Shown here in pieces: positions 1-11,299 of a DNA stretch of 64,000 bases (the first letter of the stretch is position 1; each line of letters starts with the position of its first letter). Source of the DNA: Gemmatimonadota bacterium. Lineage in GTDB: Bacteria; Gemmatimonadota; Gemmatimonadetes; Longimicrobiales; Gaopeijiaceae. The notes beneath the pieces were generated by a model, which was not told the DNA's origin, did not search any database, and was given only the letters and a program-made list of their open reading frames with translations. The stretch is taken from assembly GCA_022560615.1 (NCBI GenBank), contig JADFSR010000013.1, forward strand, positions 29,595 through 93,594, written 5' to 3'. The translations under genes and the position numbers were made by a program.

Positions 1-469
1 CCAGTTCGTGGAAGCGATACAAGACGAAGTCGATGAGGCGGCTCGTCATTTCCATCTCCGATCGCGCCTTGTCCGGCTCGTCGCCGCCGCCCGCAGCGAG
101 TCCATCCTCGAGCTCGACGACACGTCCGCACAAGAAGCCCAAAGTGTCCTCGACGACTTGGGGACGTGGCGAAGCAGGTGCAAGCGCGTCGGGCATCACC
201 TCAGTAAGTAGGAGCCCACGCATGAAAGCGAGGAAGCCCGGGAAGGCGAGCTCGGTGAGCGGTCCGCCCTCGAGGGCCTCCTCGAAGGTGATGTTCTCCC
301 ACTCGAGCTCGTTCCAGTAGAGGTCCTCCGCCTCCTCGAGCAGAAACTCGCGAACATGAGGCGGGATAGGAGAATTGGGGTCCGTTATGGGAGGTCGCAG
401 CTCCCGCTCCAGGATGCGTTCGAGGCGTTCGCGACGCCCGCTCAAGAGCGTGCTGGCGCGGTCTGTCAT
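1..469 (-). CDS. hypothetical protein, 5'-complete; the C-terminus runs off the window start
   Basis: Minus-strand reading frame from an ATG (complement of 467-469). It is open to position 1 with no stop in the window, so it is absent from the ORF track. Translation begins MTDRASTLLSGRRERLERILERELRPPITDPNSP... and contains the acidic motif EEAEDLYWNELEWENITFEEALEGG. No family recognised. Confidence 0.4.
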   Translation of the reverse strand, partial: MTDRASTLLSGRRERLERILERELRPPITDPNSPIPPHVREFLLEEAEDLYWNELEWENITFEEALEGGPLTELAFPGFLAFMRGLLLTEVMPDALAPASPRPQVVEDTLGFLCGRVVELEDGLAAGGGDEPDKARSEMEMTSRLIDFVLYRFHEL

Positions 470-621
470 GGTGTCCTCGGTCGGCCGAGTGGTCCCGATT
501 CGTGGCGAAAGCTATGTCATCTCTCGCCAGGCCGCATCGAGGCGAGCCAATCGTAGAAGGCTGACGGGAGAATCGGCCCCCCGGGAGAACCCGAGAGGCC
601 GAAAGTCCTTCTCCCACATAG

Positions 622-695
622 TGCCGGAGGAGGGACTTGAACCCCCGACACGCGGATTATGATTCCGCTGCTCTGACCAACTGAGCTACTCCGGC
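622..695 (-). tRNA. tRNA-Met (anticodon CAT), elongator type; tRNA-Ile2 (lysidine) cannot be excluded
   Basis: The reverse complement reads GCCGGAGTAGCTCAGTTGGTCAGAGCAGCGGAATCATAATCCGCGTGTCGGGGGTTCAAGTCCCTCCTCCGGCA. It has a 7-bp acceptor stem with a G1-C72 pair, a D-arm AGCTCAGTTGGTCAGAGC, an anticodon loop ATCATAA and a T-arm GGGGGTTCAAGTCCCTC. CCA is not encoded. Confidence 0.85.
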
Positions 696-847
696 AATGG
701 GAAAAAAAGCTGATCTGGCCGTCGGGTCGTGTCAACAGGCTTGCGCCCGGATGCTCCGCCCGCGACGCTCACTCCCGACGGGACATGAACAGCCTTTCGA
801 GGATCCCCGTATCCAGGGGCGTCCCTTCCTCTTTGCCCGGAGGATCC

Positions 848-1801
848 ATGGATCCCGCGACTATTGCGATCGGTGCAGCGGCCATCGTCGGTGTGTCGCT
901 CCTCACCAGCCTCAGGATTCTGTTGGAATACGAACGCGGCGTGGTCTTTCGACTCGGCAGACTCACGCGCGCCAAAGGCCCCGGCCTCATTTTTCTCGTG
1001 CCCTGGGGCATCGAGCGCATGAAGAGGATGGACCTCCGCATCGTGGCACTGGACATTCCGCCCCAGGACACGATCACGAAGGACAACGTCAGCGTCCGGG
1101 TGAACGCGGTCGTGTACTTCCGCGTCGCCGACCCGACGACGGCGGTCATCGAGATCGAGGACTACTACTTCGCGACGAGCCAACTGGCGCAGACCACATT
1201 GCGCTCGGTCATCGGCCAGTCGGAGTTGGATGAACTCCTCGCCGAACGAGAGCGCATCAACGAGCACATCCGTCAGATCATCGACGAAGGCACGGATTCG
1301 TGGGGCATCGAGGTCACCGCGGTCGAGATCAAGGATATCGATCTGCCCCAGGAGATGAAGCGGTCCATGGCCAAGCAGGCCGAAGCAGAACGCGAGAGGC
1401 GCGCCAAGGTAATCAACGCTCAAGGTGAGTATCAGGCGGCGGCGAAGCTCGCGGCAGCGGCCGAGATCATTCAGGAGTTCCCCGTGGCGATGCAGCTCCG
1501 CTTCCTGCAGACCGTGAGCGAGATCGCCGTAGAAAACAACTCGACGACGCTCTTCCCGATCCCGATCGACTTGTTCAGTCCCTTCCTCAAGCCGGGTCCG
1601 CCGGCCAGTGAGGAGGCACGCGCACGCGCGCTCAAGGTCGCTGTCGAAGCGCTTGCGGGGACCCTGTCCAGCAGCGAGGACTCCGGCCAACTCCAGAGCA
1701 TGGCGAAAAAAATGATCGCTGAGGCGGCGGAGGGTGAGGCCACTGAGGCGGAGGGTGAGGCCACTGAGAAGGTGCCGGCCGGATCCGACGAAGCCGAGTA
1801 G
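848..1801 (+). CDS. SPFH / band-7 (stomatin-prohibitin family) membrane protein
   Basis: An N-terminal TM segment is followed by [11 protein letters not shown]...[22 protein letters not shown], typical of a stomatin-like SPFH domain. The start was moved from the track ORF (785) to the ATG at 848, which has GGAGG six nucleotides upstream. The acidic C-terminus contains a tandem AEGEATE repeat. Confidence 0.85.
   Translation: MDPATIAIGAAAIVGVSLLTSLRILLEYERGVVFRLGRLTRAKGPGLIFLVPWGIERMKRMDLRIVALDIPPQDTITKDNVSVRVNAVVYFRVADPTTAVIEIEDYYFATSQLAQTTLRSVIGQSELDELLAERERINEHIRQIIDEGTDSWGIEVTAVEIKDIDLPQEMKRSMAKQAEAERERRAKVINAQGEYQAAAKLAAAAEIIQEFPVAMQLRFLQTVSEIAVENNSTTLFPIPIDLFSPFLKPGPPASEEARARALKVAVEALAGTLSSSEDSGQLQSMAKKMIAEAAEGEATEAEGEATEKVPAGSDEAE
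1721..1765 (+). repeat. In-frame tandem duplication (24 + 21 bp) encoding AEAAEGEAT / EAEGEAT at the SPFH C-terminus
   Basis: gaggcggcggagggtgaggccact followed by gaggcggagggtgaggccact. Confidence 0.7.
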
Positions 1802-1852
1802 CCACGGGCATGATCGAGCCGGAGCGCGCTGGCGTCCCGTGGGGCCTGGCTG

Positions 1853-2179
1853 TCACCGCATGGCCCCGTTCGTCGTGTCGCTCAACGCGAGCGCGCTGTC
1901 CCTAGGCTGTGCGAAACGATAGAGGATCTCGCCGTCCCGAATCATGCCGAAGCGCTCGCGCGCGATGCGCTCGAGCGTCACGGAATCGATCTGCATGGAG
2001 TCAGCCCATGCTCGGAGCGAATCGATCTGGCGCTTGAGCTCTGCGAGATCGTCCTCCTCCTGCTCGACCGCCGCTCGAGCGTCCCTGAGCTCGAACCACG
2101 AGTACTCGCCCCCGAACACCGCGTAGTACGCGGCGAGCAGCAGAAGGCCCGGCAGAATCGCCTTTTTCAACCTGTGCAC
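1853..2179 (-). CDS. ftsB: septum formation initiator (FtsB/DivIC family)
   Basis: A 108-aa protein with an N-terminal TM helix (LPGLLLLAAYYAVFG) followed by a coiled coil (LRDARAAVEQEEDDLAELKRQIDSLRAW). It lies immediately downstream of eno, which is the conserved eno-ftsB arrangement. Confidence 0.7.
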   Translation of the reverse strand: MHRLKKAILPGLLLLAAYYAVFGGEYSWFELRDARAAVEQEEDDLAELKRQIDSLRAWADSMQIDSVTLERIARERFGMIRDGEILYRFAQPRDSALALSDTTNGAMR

Positions 2180-2184
2180 GGCTG

Positions 2185-3785
<1,601 letters not shown>

Positions 3786-3789
<4 letters not shown>

Positions 3790-4583
3790 GCCCGAGTCGC
3801 CGAAGTCTGCAAGTCCCGCAGGGCCTGCCACGCTCTTTCGGCGAGTTCGTCTCTTCGTTCGAAGTCGTATGAATGGACCGGGATCGGAGTCCCGAATCGG
3901 ATTCGAATAACGCCCGCGCGGACCAGAATCCCGTTTTTCCTCATCACGTCTCTGGACCCGATGACCGCAGTCGGAACCACTTCGGCGCCGGCCTGAATCG
4001 CCAGAACGAACGCGCCCTTCTTGAACGGCTGCAGTTCGCCCGTCGGCGAGCGTGTCCCTTCAGGAAACATGATGACGGTTGGACCGTCATCTTCCAACCT
4101 CTGACGTGCGATCTCCAGCGATTCCAAGGCGAGGTCACGGTCGCCGCGATCGATGAAGATGTGCCCGCAAGCTCCGACCGCCCTACCGAAGAAGGGTATC
4201 CGCGCAACCTCTTTCTTCGCCACGAACACATATGGACCGGGACAGAAACCGGTCAAGGCGAGAGGGTCGAACCAGGACGTGTGATTCGCCACCACGACCT
4301 GCGGTGCCGCAGAGTGGATGTTTTCCGCCGCTTCAACCTCGACCCGCACGCCGGCGATACGGAGCATCAGCCTCGACCAGGTGCGCGGGACTTCCGCGCA
4401 TACACAGTCGGCGTTCGCAGCGTTTCGGTAGACGGCCCATACAATCCGCGTCGCGTACCAGATCGTGGCCGGGATCCCCAACGCCAGCAGCGCGAGCAGG
4501 CGGATCAATGGTCGACGCTCCCGAAGTGGTCGAAACCAGCGCGCGCCAGCGGCCGCGGCTCGCCGTCGCCGCGATCGAGCCAC
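3786..4583 (-). CDS. plsC: 1-acyl-sn-glycerol-3-phosphate acyltransferase
   Basis: Carries the HTSWFD (HX4D) and FPEGTR acyltransferase motifs and an N-terminal TM helix. Its TAG stop lies in the terminal CTAT of repeat A. The start is uncertain because it overlaps thiL by 79 nt. Confidence 0.78.
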
Positions 4584-5500
4584 ACGCCCTCCCCTTCGAG
4601 CACATGTCCGACGCGGGTCAAGTCGAGCCCGAAGCGGTCCTCGAAACGAGCCACGTCGACGATCCCCGGGTCGGCGACGAAGAGCAGCTCGTAGTCCTCG
4701 CCGCCATGCAGCGCCGCTTCCAACGCGCCCTCGGCTCCGAGGACGACGAGGGCGGCATCGGCGATCGGGACGGCACCCGCCTCCAAGACAACCTTGACGC
4801 CAGAGGCGGCCGCCAAATGGCCGACGTCACCGGCTAGGCCGTCGGATATGTCCATGAGCGCGTCAACCCATTCCTGCTCGACCAGACAGCACGCTTCGTC
4901 GATACGCGGCGTCGGACGGGCGAAGGCCGCGCGTGCTTGCGGGGACGGCTCACCCCCCTGCCGCCAAGCATGGACGGCGGCGGCGCTCGCGCCGAGGCGC
5001 CCGGTCACCCAGATCTCGTCGCCGGCCTTCGCCCCATTTCGCAATACCGGCCACGACGTACGGCCCACGACCACGACGTCGAGCACCAGGGGTCCTGGCG
5101 ATCGGGAGAGGTCTCCACCGAGAATCGCTCCACCAAGCGCTTGCACGGCTTCCTCAACCCCGACCTGCAGTGCTTCCAGATCGACGTCGCCGGCCTCCGG
5201 GACCGCAATGGACACCAGTAACCCGAGGGGGGTCGCCGCCATGGCCGCTAGGTCGGAGAGCGCGGTCGCCGCGGCGCGGTACCCGATCTCACGGTCCGAG
5301 AGCCAGCTACGTCGGAAGTGCACGTCCTCGACACACATGTCGGTACTCAGGACCCACCCACCTTCGATGACCGCCGCGTCGTCACCGGGTCCGACCCGGA
5401 CCGCCGCTGGGAGCTCACCGCCCAAAGCGATCGCCGTGCGGATCAGGTCGAACTCCGCCCCCGGGCCGAGTCGGATCGTGCGCGGCGGGTGATCGCTCAT
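4505..5500 (-). CDS. thiL: thiamine-monophosphate kinase
   Basis: AIR-synthase-related fold. GAEFDLIRTAIALG aligns to the ThiL N-terminus. The start was set at the internal ATG at 5500, 1 nt from the nnr stop. Confidence 0.8.
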   Translation of the reverse strand: MSDHPPRTIRLGPGAEFDLIRTAIALGGELPAAVRVGPGDDAAVIEGGWVLSTDMCVEDVHFRRSWLSDREIGYRAAATALSDLAAMAATPLGLLVSIAVPEAGDVDLEALQVGVEEAVQALGGAILGGDLSRSPGPLVLDVVVVGRTSWPVLRNGAKAGDEIWVTGRLGASAAAVHAWRQGGEPSPQARAAFARPTPRIDEACCLVEQEWVDALMDISDGLAGDVGHLAAASGVKVVLEAGAVPIADAALVVLGAEGALEAALHGGEDYELLFVADPGIVDVARFEDRFGLDLTRVGHVLEGEGVWLDRGDGEPRPLARAGFDHFGSVDH

Positions 5501-5501
5501 T

Positions 5502-7079
5502 TCACCGCGCCGGGTCAGCGTCGAAGAGAACAAAGGGCAGGTCGAGGTCCGAGACGCCCTCGCTCCGCTCCCTGAGAGCGTCCGGGAGGCAGCGGATCAC
5601 GTCACTCGGGGTGAGCGCCAAGCCCCGGCCTGCGAGCCGCGCGGAGCGGCCCGTCAGATACAGCCCGACCGCCCCGGCATCCACTGGACCCAAGCCCTGC
5701 GCCATGAGCGACGCGCACACGCCCGTCAGCGCATCGCCCATGCCCGCTGCCGCGAGGTCGGACGAACCCTGGCAATCCACGTGCACCTCGGCTCCCGGTG
5801 CGGCGACCAACGACGGCGCCCCCTTGAGCAACAGCGCGTGTCCGTTCGCCTCTACAGCACGGCCGAGCGCCGCGATTCGGTCCGACTGGACCGTGGCCGT
5901 ATCGGTGCCGAGCAGCCGCGCCATCTCGCCCGCGTGCGGAGTCGCCAGAACCGCTCTCGTCGCCGCCAACAACGGCAAGTCGAGTTTCCCTTGAGACGCC
6001 AGGTTGAGCGCGTCGGCATCTACCACCACGGGTCGAGGCGGACCCGTCGCAACCGCCGCGGCGAGCTTCTGTCCGAACGTGCCGGTGCCAAGGCCGGGCC
6101 CGAGGCCGACTGCGTCGCACTGATCCATGGCCGCGAGAAGCGCCCCTGGATCGCCGGGATCGACGTAGATCGCCTCCGGTGCGGCGCTCTGCACGATTTC
6201 GCGATTCTCCGGCGCGGAGCAAATCGTCACGAGACCGGCCCCCGCACGCAGCGACGCACGCACTGCGAGAACCGCGGCGCCGGCCATGCCCTGCTGTCCC
6301 GCGACCACGAGCACACGACCGACGGCGTTCTTGTGTGTGTCCGGGTCCCGGTGCGGGAGACGCGCCTGGGCCCAGGCAGGCGTGACCACTCGAGCGGTCA
6401 CTTCCGCCGGGCTCGACGGTGGAAAGGCGATCTCGACCGCGATCAACCGACCGGCAAGCGAACGCGCCGGATGCAGAAGGCTTCCGAGCTTCGGCGCGCC
6501 AAAGGCGACGGTGACCGTCGCCCGCACTGCGCTGCCCGGCACGGTCCCCGTCCCTGAGTCGATGCCGGACGGCACGTCCAACGAGAGAACCCAGCAACCC
6601 AAGGCGTTGATGTTCTCGATCGCGGCGCGCTGCCGCTCCCGGGGGGCGCCCTGCAAGCCCGTGCCGAGCACCCCGTCCACGACGAGACCCGCTTCCCCGA
6701 GCAGGTCGCGCCATCCTTCCGCGCCGAGTTCTTCGTCCGTCCGCAAGGCGACGTCCCAGCCGTGCAGCAGCGGGTCCTCCAAAGGCCGGTCGGCCACAAC
6801 CACCGCAAGGACGTCACGCCCCCACGCGCGTAGAGTCCTGAGCAGCACCAACGCGTCCCCGCCGTTGTTGCCGGACCCCACCACGCCCACCACCCGGCCG
6901 CGCGGGCGGAGGCGTTGCACGATCATCGCGGCCGCCCGCCCAGCGTTCTCCATGAGCACGGGCGGAGGCACCCCGATCGTCTCGATCGCCGTGCTATCGA
7001 GCGCCGCGGCCTCGGCTCCGGTGGGCGCGAGCACATGCAGGCGTGCGTAGGGGCGGAGTGGCGGGTGGAGACCGGCCAT
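5502..7079 (-). CDS. nnr: bifunctional NAD(P)H-hydrate epimerase / ADP-dependent (S)-NAD(P)H-hydrate dehydratase
   Basis: Has a YjeF-N domain (LMENAGRAAA...GSGNNGGDALV) and a YjeF-C carbohydrate-kinase domain. The annotated start is 2 nt from repeat B, so the true start may be internal. Confidence 0.82.
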   Translation of the reverse strand: MAGLHPPLRPYARLHVLAPTGAEAAALDSTAIETIGVPPPVLMENAGRAAAMIVQRLRPRGRVVGVVGSGNNGGDALVLLRTLRAWGRDVLAVVVADRPLEDPLLHGWDVALRTDEELGAEGWRDLLGEAGLVVDGVLGTGLQGAPRERQRAAIENINALGCWVLSLDVPSGIDSGTGTVPGSAVRATVTVAFGAPKLGSLLHPARSLAGRLIAVEIAFPPSSPAEVTARVVTPAWAQARLPHRDPDTHKNAVGRVLVVAGQQGMAGAAVLAVRASLRAGAGLVTICSAPENREIVQSAAPEAIYVDPGDPGALLAAMDQCDAVGLGPGLGTGTFGQKLAAAVATGPPRPVVVDADALNLASQGKLDLPLLAATRAVLATPHAGEMARLLGTDTATVQSDRIAALGRAVEANGHALLLKGAPSLVAAPGAEVHVDCQGSSDLAAAGMGDALTGVCASLMAQGLGPVDAGAVGLYLTGRSARLAGRGLALTPSDVIRCLPDALRERSEGVSDLDLPFVLFDADPAR

Positions 7080-7081
7080 GA

Positions 7082-7490
7082 GCTAGGGAGCCTCTGCACA
7101 AGTAGGGCGCGCCGCGCGACCCACACCTTCGGCGCGGGTGCCCGGTCTCGCGAGCTCAATAGTAGGCACGACGACGAGTCGTAGTTGTTCGGGCACCGCC
7201 GCCGAAGGCGGTGGTCCGAGGAGGAGAAACGACCTATTGGGCCGCGACCCCCCTGCGCCCAACATCATGAGTGACATGATCTACCAGGTCGTGGGTTACG
7301 GTGGCACGGCCCCATCTCCGTCGTTGGAGCTCCTAGGACCACCGTCTTCGACGGCGGTACCCGCGACGGCTATGGCGTCGTCGCACCGCGACCCGCGCTT
7401 TGCGCGGGTGCCCTATGGAGCCGTGGCGCCCGGGGACCCGTGCGTAAGCTCGGGTGGCGGCGTGCCCTACTTGTGCAGAGGCTCCCTGTA
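7082..7490 (-). repeat. MITE-like mosaic repeat, copy B (type-2 TIRs; core inverted relative to copy A)
   Basis: Left end: CTAGGGAGCCTCTGCACAAGTAGGGCGCGCCGCG. Right end: GGCGGCGTGCCCTACTTGTGCAGAGGCTCCCTGTAG. It contains the shared core GTGGGTTACGGTGGCACGGCCCCATCTCCGTCGTTGGAGCTCC and the GGGCACCGCCGCCGAAGGCGGTGGTCCGAG module. Confidence 0.85.
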
Positions 7491-7555
7491 GTTGGGCGAG
7501 ATCCCGGGAGCCACGACGGTCTGGGTCTCGCTTGGATCTGTGGGGGCGTCAGGCT

Positions 7556-7759
7556 CTACTTGTAGCTCTGCCCGATCGTGCGGCCGATGCTGATCTCGCC
7601 GTTGTCGATCCGGATGTTGAAGCCGCACTCCGGCCTGGAACACACCCACGCTTTATAGCGAATCGACGCCCCCTCTCTGCCGTAGTCCGAGAGCGGCAGC
7701 AAGAGACCGGCCTCGCACTTCAGACAAGGCGGAAATCCCTGCTCTCCCTCCATGTGCAA
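7556..7759 (-). CDS. small C4 zinc-ribbon protein (hypothetical)
   Basis: A 67-aa protein with CLKC ... CSRPEC cysteine pairs. Confidence 0.4.
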   Translation of the reverse strand: MHMEGEQGFPPCLKCEAGLLLPLSDYGREGASIRYKAWVCSRPECGFNIRIDNGEISIGRTIGQSYK

Positions 7760-7788
7760 CCCCTCCCCTCAGCGTGGCAACGATACGG

Positions 7789-8169
7789 TCAGAATCGAGC
7801 TTCCCAGGGATAACTCAGCTCGAAAGCCTCTTCGAAGTCGAACACGTCGGCGAAGTCCTCCGGGCGATCCTCGTCCTGCTTGACGAGGATCCCCTGCTCC
7901 ACCAACGCGAACACGACACTCCCGACATCCTCGGTGGCGCAAATCCCCCAGTGCTCCAGCACCATCCTCGCCATCGGACCAAAGCGCTCCAGAGCCAAGC
8001 GCCTCACCCCGTCCGCAAGCTCGCGCCCGGAAATGTGCCGGGGCTCGTCAAGCGAGTGGATGACCGAATGCAAGGCCGCGAGCACGAAGAAATACGCCCT
8101 CGTATCGAACCGAGGGTTTCGTTCCTGGAGCTGGTCCAGGACTTCGTCCGCGAATTGGAGTTCCGTCAT
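7789..8169 (-). CDS. hypothetical protein with acidic C-terminus
   Basis: The start was trimmed to MTELQFADEV (ATG at 8167-8169), because the track ORF's N-terminus runs into repeat C. No family recognised. Confidence 0.5.
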   Translation of the reverse strand: MTELQFADEVLDQLQERNPRFDTRAYFFVLAALHSVIHSLDEPRHISGRELADGVRRLALERFGPMARMVLEHWGICATEDVGSVVFALVEQGILVKQDEDRPEDFADVFDFEEAFELSYPWEARF

Positions 8170-8186
8170 GGGTAGAAATGTGGGTT

Positions 8187-8462
8187 TTAGAAGGGTGATC
8201 GGAAAGGGGGGTGGGCCGCGCGACCCACGCCTGACGGCGCGGGTGCCCCGCGCTTGCGCGCGTTCAGGCAAGGAACGACGAGGAGTCGTAGCCGAGCGGG
8301 CACCGCCGCCGAAGGCGATGGTCCGACGAGGAGAGACGCAGCATCAACCGCGCGGGCACCGACGCGAAGCGTTGGTCGCCATGTGCCCAACGCCATGGCT
8401 GATATGATCCTACGCCTCTGTGGGTTGGGGTGGCACGGCCCTCTTTCCGATCACCCTTCAAG
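8187..8462 (-). repeat. MITE-like repeat, copy C (type-1 TIRs, short variant lacking the left hairpin module, inverted)
   Basis: Left end: TTAGAAGGGTGATCGGAAAGGGGGGTGGGCCGCG. Right end: GGCACGGCCCTCTTTCCGATCACCCTTCAAG, which is degenerate. The body is the reverse complement of copy A's right two-thirds. Confidence 0.8.
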
Positions 8463-8498
8463 GGGGCCGTTCGCTAGTGGGAGCACCACATGACACGT

Positions 8499-9758
8499 CT
8501 ATCGCCCCGCCAATCCCACGTAGAGCGGGAAGGCGGTACAGAGATCCCTGACCTCGCCGCGAACCCCGGCGATCCGGTCTTCGTCGCTCGGTGCTTCCAG
8601 AACGTACGCGATCCAAGCCGCGATCTGCGCCATCTCGCTTTCCTTCATGCCACGGGAGGTGAGCGCCGGCGTTCCGATGCGAAGGCCGGACGTCACGAAC
8701 GGTGAACGTGTCTCCCCGGGTACCGTGTTCTTGTTCACGGTGATTCCGGAAGCCTCGAGCGCCGCCTCGGCTTCCTTGCCCGTCAGCTCGTCGTGGCTCG
8801 GCCGGAGATCCACGAGTAATAGGTGGGTGTCCGTGCCTCCGCTGACGAGGTGAAAGCCCCGCTCCACGAGGCCTTCTCCCAGCGCCTTCGCGTTGGCGAC
8901 GATCTGCTCGGAGTAGTCGCTGAATTCAGGCTGCAGCGCTTCGAGCAAGGCCACCGCCTTAGCCGCGATCACGTGCATGAGGGGACCGCCCTGCATGAAC
9001 GGGAAGACCGACTTGTCGATCGCCTTGGCGTGCTCTGCGCGGCAAAAGATCAGGCCGCCGCGGGGGCCCCGCAGCGTTTTGTGCGTCGTGGTGGTCACGA
9101 CGTCGGCGTGCGGAATCGGCGTGGGGTGGTGTCCCGTCGCCACGAGACCTGCGATGTGCGCCATGTCGACCAGGAAGCGTGCGTCGACTTCCCGCGCGAT
9201 TTCCGAGAAGGCGGCGAAGTCGATCGTGCGCGGGTACGCGCTCGCCCCGGCAATGATCATCTTCGGACGCTCGGCGTGCGCCTGGTCTCGAAGCTCATCG
9301 TAGTCGATGCGCCCGTCCTCTTCCCGTACTCCGTACGCGACAACCTCGAAGAGGCGGCCGCTGAAGTTCACCGGCGAGCCGTGCGTGAGATGACCGCCGT
9401 GACTGAGGTTCATCCCCAGGATCTTGTCCCCGGCCTCCAGGAAAGAGAAGTACGCCGCCATGTTGGCCTGCGCGCCCGAGTGCGGCTGCACGTTGACATG
9501 CTCCGCACCGAACAGCCGTTGGGCTCGGTCGCGGGCCAAATCCTCGGCGACGTCGACGAATTCGCAGCCGCCGTAGTACCGCTTCGATGGCAGACCCTCC
9601 GCATACTTGTTCGTCATCACGGTGCCCATCGCCTCAAGCACGGCCTCCGAGACGAAGTTCTCGCTCGCGATGAGCTCCAAGCCGTCGGCCTGCCGCCGGG
9701 CCTCGGAGATGATCGAGTCGAAGACGGCTGGGTCGGTCTTCTTCAGGCTGTCCATCAT
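8499..9758 (-). CDS. glyA: serine hydroxymethyltransferase
   Basis: [45 protein letters not shown]... has the PLP-lysine context [17 protein letters not shown]. The start was trimmed to the MM at 9758. Confidence 0.95.
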   Translation of the reverse strand: MMDSLKKTDPAVFDSIISEARRQADGLELIASENFVSEAVLEAMGTVMTNKYAEGLPSKRYYGGCEFVDVAEDLARDRAQRLFGAEHVNVQPHSGAQANMAAYFSFLEAGDKILGMNLSHGGHLTHGSPVNFSGRLFEVVAYGVREEDGRIDYDELRDQAHAERPKMIIAGASAYPRTIDFAAFSEIAREVDARFLVDMAHIAGLVATGHHPTPIPHADVVTTTTHKTLRGPRGGLIFCRAEHAKAIDKSVFPFMQGGPLMHVIAAKAVALLEALQPEFSDYSEQIVANAKALGEGLVERGFHLVSGGTDTHLLLVDLRPSHDELTGKEAEAALEASGITVNKNTVPGETRSPFVTSGLRIGTPALTSRGMKESEMAQIAAWIAYVLEAPSDEDRIAGVRGEVRDLCTAFPLYVGLAGR

Positions 9759-9789
9759 GACCGGCTGTCCATCACGAGAGGACCGTCCA

Positions 9790-10851
9790 TCACGTGCGGA
9801 ATGTCCGTTGCAGATGCCTGGCCTCCAAGATGCGCGCCTCCGCAACCTTGTTGGCCGCCACGTGCGGAGGAATCCCGTCGGTCCTGGCAAGCTCGAAAAT
9901 GCGGAGAAGCGTGCCGTAGATCTCCCCGGCCTTCCATTTGCTGCGATCCGCGGTCCAGTCGTTCAGCTCTCCATATACGTTGATGAGTCCACCGGCATTG
10001 ATCACGTAGTCGGGCGCGTACAGAATGCCCCGCTCGTGGAGCGCCGGCCCGTGAATCGGCCCGCGTGCCAACTGGTTGTTTGCGGCTCCCGCGACGATGT
10101 CGACTTGGAGCAAGTCGATCGTGTCGTCATTGACGACCGCGCCCAAAGCGCAGGGGGCGAAGATGTCGGCATCGACGGCATAGATGTCGTCCGCGGCAAC
10201 TGCCTTGGCCCCGAACTCCTCGGTGACCCGCGCCACGCGCTCCGGATCGATGTCGGCGACCGTGAGCCTGGCGCCTTCCTGCGCCAAATCCTCGCACAGG
10301 TAGTAGCCGACATGGCCGAGGCCCTGCACCGCGACGTGACGACCGGCCAAGGAATCGTCTCCGTACTTGATCGCTGCACACGCCTTGATGCCACGGTACA
10401 CCCCGTACGCGGTAACCGGAGACGGATCGCCCGAGCGTCCGTGCCGGCCGACCACGTATTCGGTCTCCATGCTGATGTATTCCATGTCGTCCGGCGACGT
10501 CCCCACGTCTTCGGCGGTGATGTAGCGGCCGTGCAGCGAGTCGACCGCACGGCCGTGCGCTCGGAAGATCATCTCCCGGTCTGCCAGGCGGTTGTCCCCC
10601 CAGATGACCGACTTGCCACCGCCGAGGTTGAGCCCGGCGATCGCTGCCTTGTACGTCATCCCTCGCGAGAGCCGGAGCGCGTCGATGACCGCGTCTCGAT
10701 CGTTCTCGTAGTTCCAGTAGCGGGTTCCGCCCAGCGCCGGTCCCATGGTGGTATCGTGGATCGCGATGATGCCTCTATATCCGAGGTCGGGATCGTTCCA
10801 GAACACGAGCTGCTCGTGCTTCTTCTCTGACATCAAGTCGAATATGTCCAT
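9790..10851 (-). CDS. Glu/Leu/Phe/Val dehydrogenase family enzyme, leucine-dehydrogenase-like
   Basis: Contains [10 protein letters not shown] and the Rossmann motif [13 protein letters not shown]. The start was moved to [10 protein letters not shown] (ATG at 10849-10851), because the track ORF's N-terminal extension is repeat D sequence. Confidence 0.85.
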   Translation of the reverse strand: MDIFDLMSEKKHEQLVFWNDPDLGYRGIIAIHDTTMGPALGGTRYWNYENDRDAVIDALRLSRGMTYKAAIAGLNLGGGKSVIWGDNRLADREMIFRAHGRAVDSLHGRYITAEDVGTSPDDMEYISMETEYVVGRHGRSGDPSPVTAYGVYRGIKACAAIKYGDDSLAGRHVAVQGLGHVGYYLCEDLAQEGARLTVADIDPERVARVTEEFGAKAVAADDIYAVDADIFAPCALGAVVNDDTIDLLQVDIVAGAANNQLARGPIHGPALHERGILYAPDYVINAGGLINVYGELNDWTADRSKWKAGEIYGTLLRIFELARTDGIPPHVAANKVAEARILEARHLQRTFRT

Positions 10852-10886
10852 TCTCGCTATGCGCTCACGCGTTCCGGGTTTTGGTG

Positions 10887-11299
10887 CCAGAAGGCTGTTG
10901 AAGAGGTACAGCGGGCCGCCACCCGTGCCTAGGCACGGGTCCCCGGGTGGCCACGGCCCCAGAGGGGAACCCGCGCCGCCGGCGCGGGTCGCGGGGCTTC
11001 GAAGGCATAGCCGTCGCGGGCACCGCCGCCGAAGGCGGTGGTCCGAGAAGCTCCAACGACGGAGATGGGGCCGTGCCACCGCAACCCACACACTCGTATG
11101 TCCTTTCAGCCATGGTGTTGGGCACATGGCGACCAACGCTTTCGCGTCGGTGCCCGCGCGGTTGATCCATCGTCTCTCCTCGTCGGACCACCGCCTTCGG
11201 CGGCGGTGCCCGCTCGGCTACGACTCCTCGTCGTTCCTTGCCTGAACGCGCGCAAGCACCATGTGCGCGGCCCACTGTACCTCTTCAACAGCCTTCTAG
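10887..11299 (+). repeat. MITE-like repeat, copy D (type-3 TIRs, with extra hairpin modules)
   Basis: Left end: CCAGAAGGCTGTTGAAGAGGTACAGCGGGCCGCC. Right end: GCGCGGCCCACTGTACCTCTTCAACAGCCTTCTAG. The internal core is shared with copy A. It carries two inverted GGGCACCGCCGCCGAAGGCGGTGGTCC modules. The right-terminal CTAG supplies the TAG stop of the acyl-CoA dehydrogenase gene. Confidence 0.85.

Noticed and set aside
686-1690. A 334-aa minus-strand ORF antisense to the SPFH gene. There are many similar long antisense or alternate-frame ORFs, for example 5602..6714, 8823..9983, 9607..10830, 14249..15538, 36758..37908 and 42227..43462.
   Set aside because: These are typical high-GC antisense open frames. 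They overlap well-supported conserved genes and translate to low-complexity, Arg/Pro/Gly-rich sequence.
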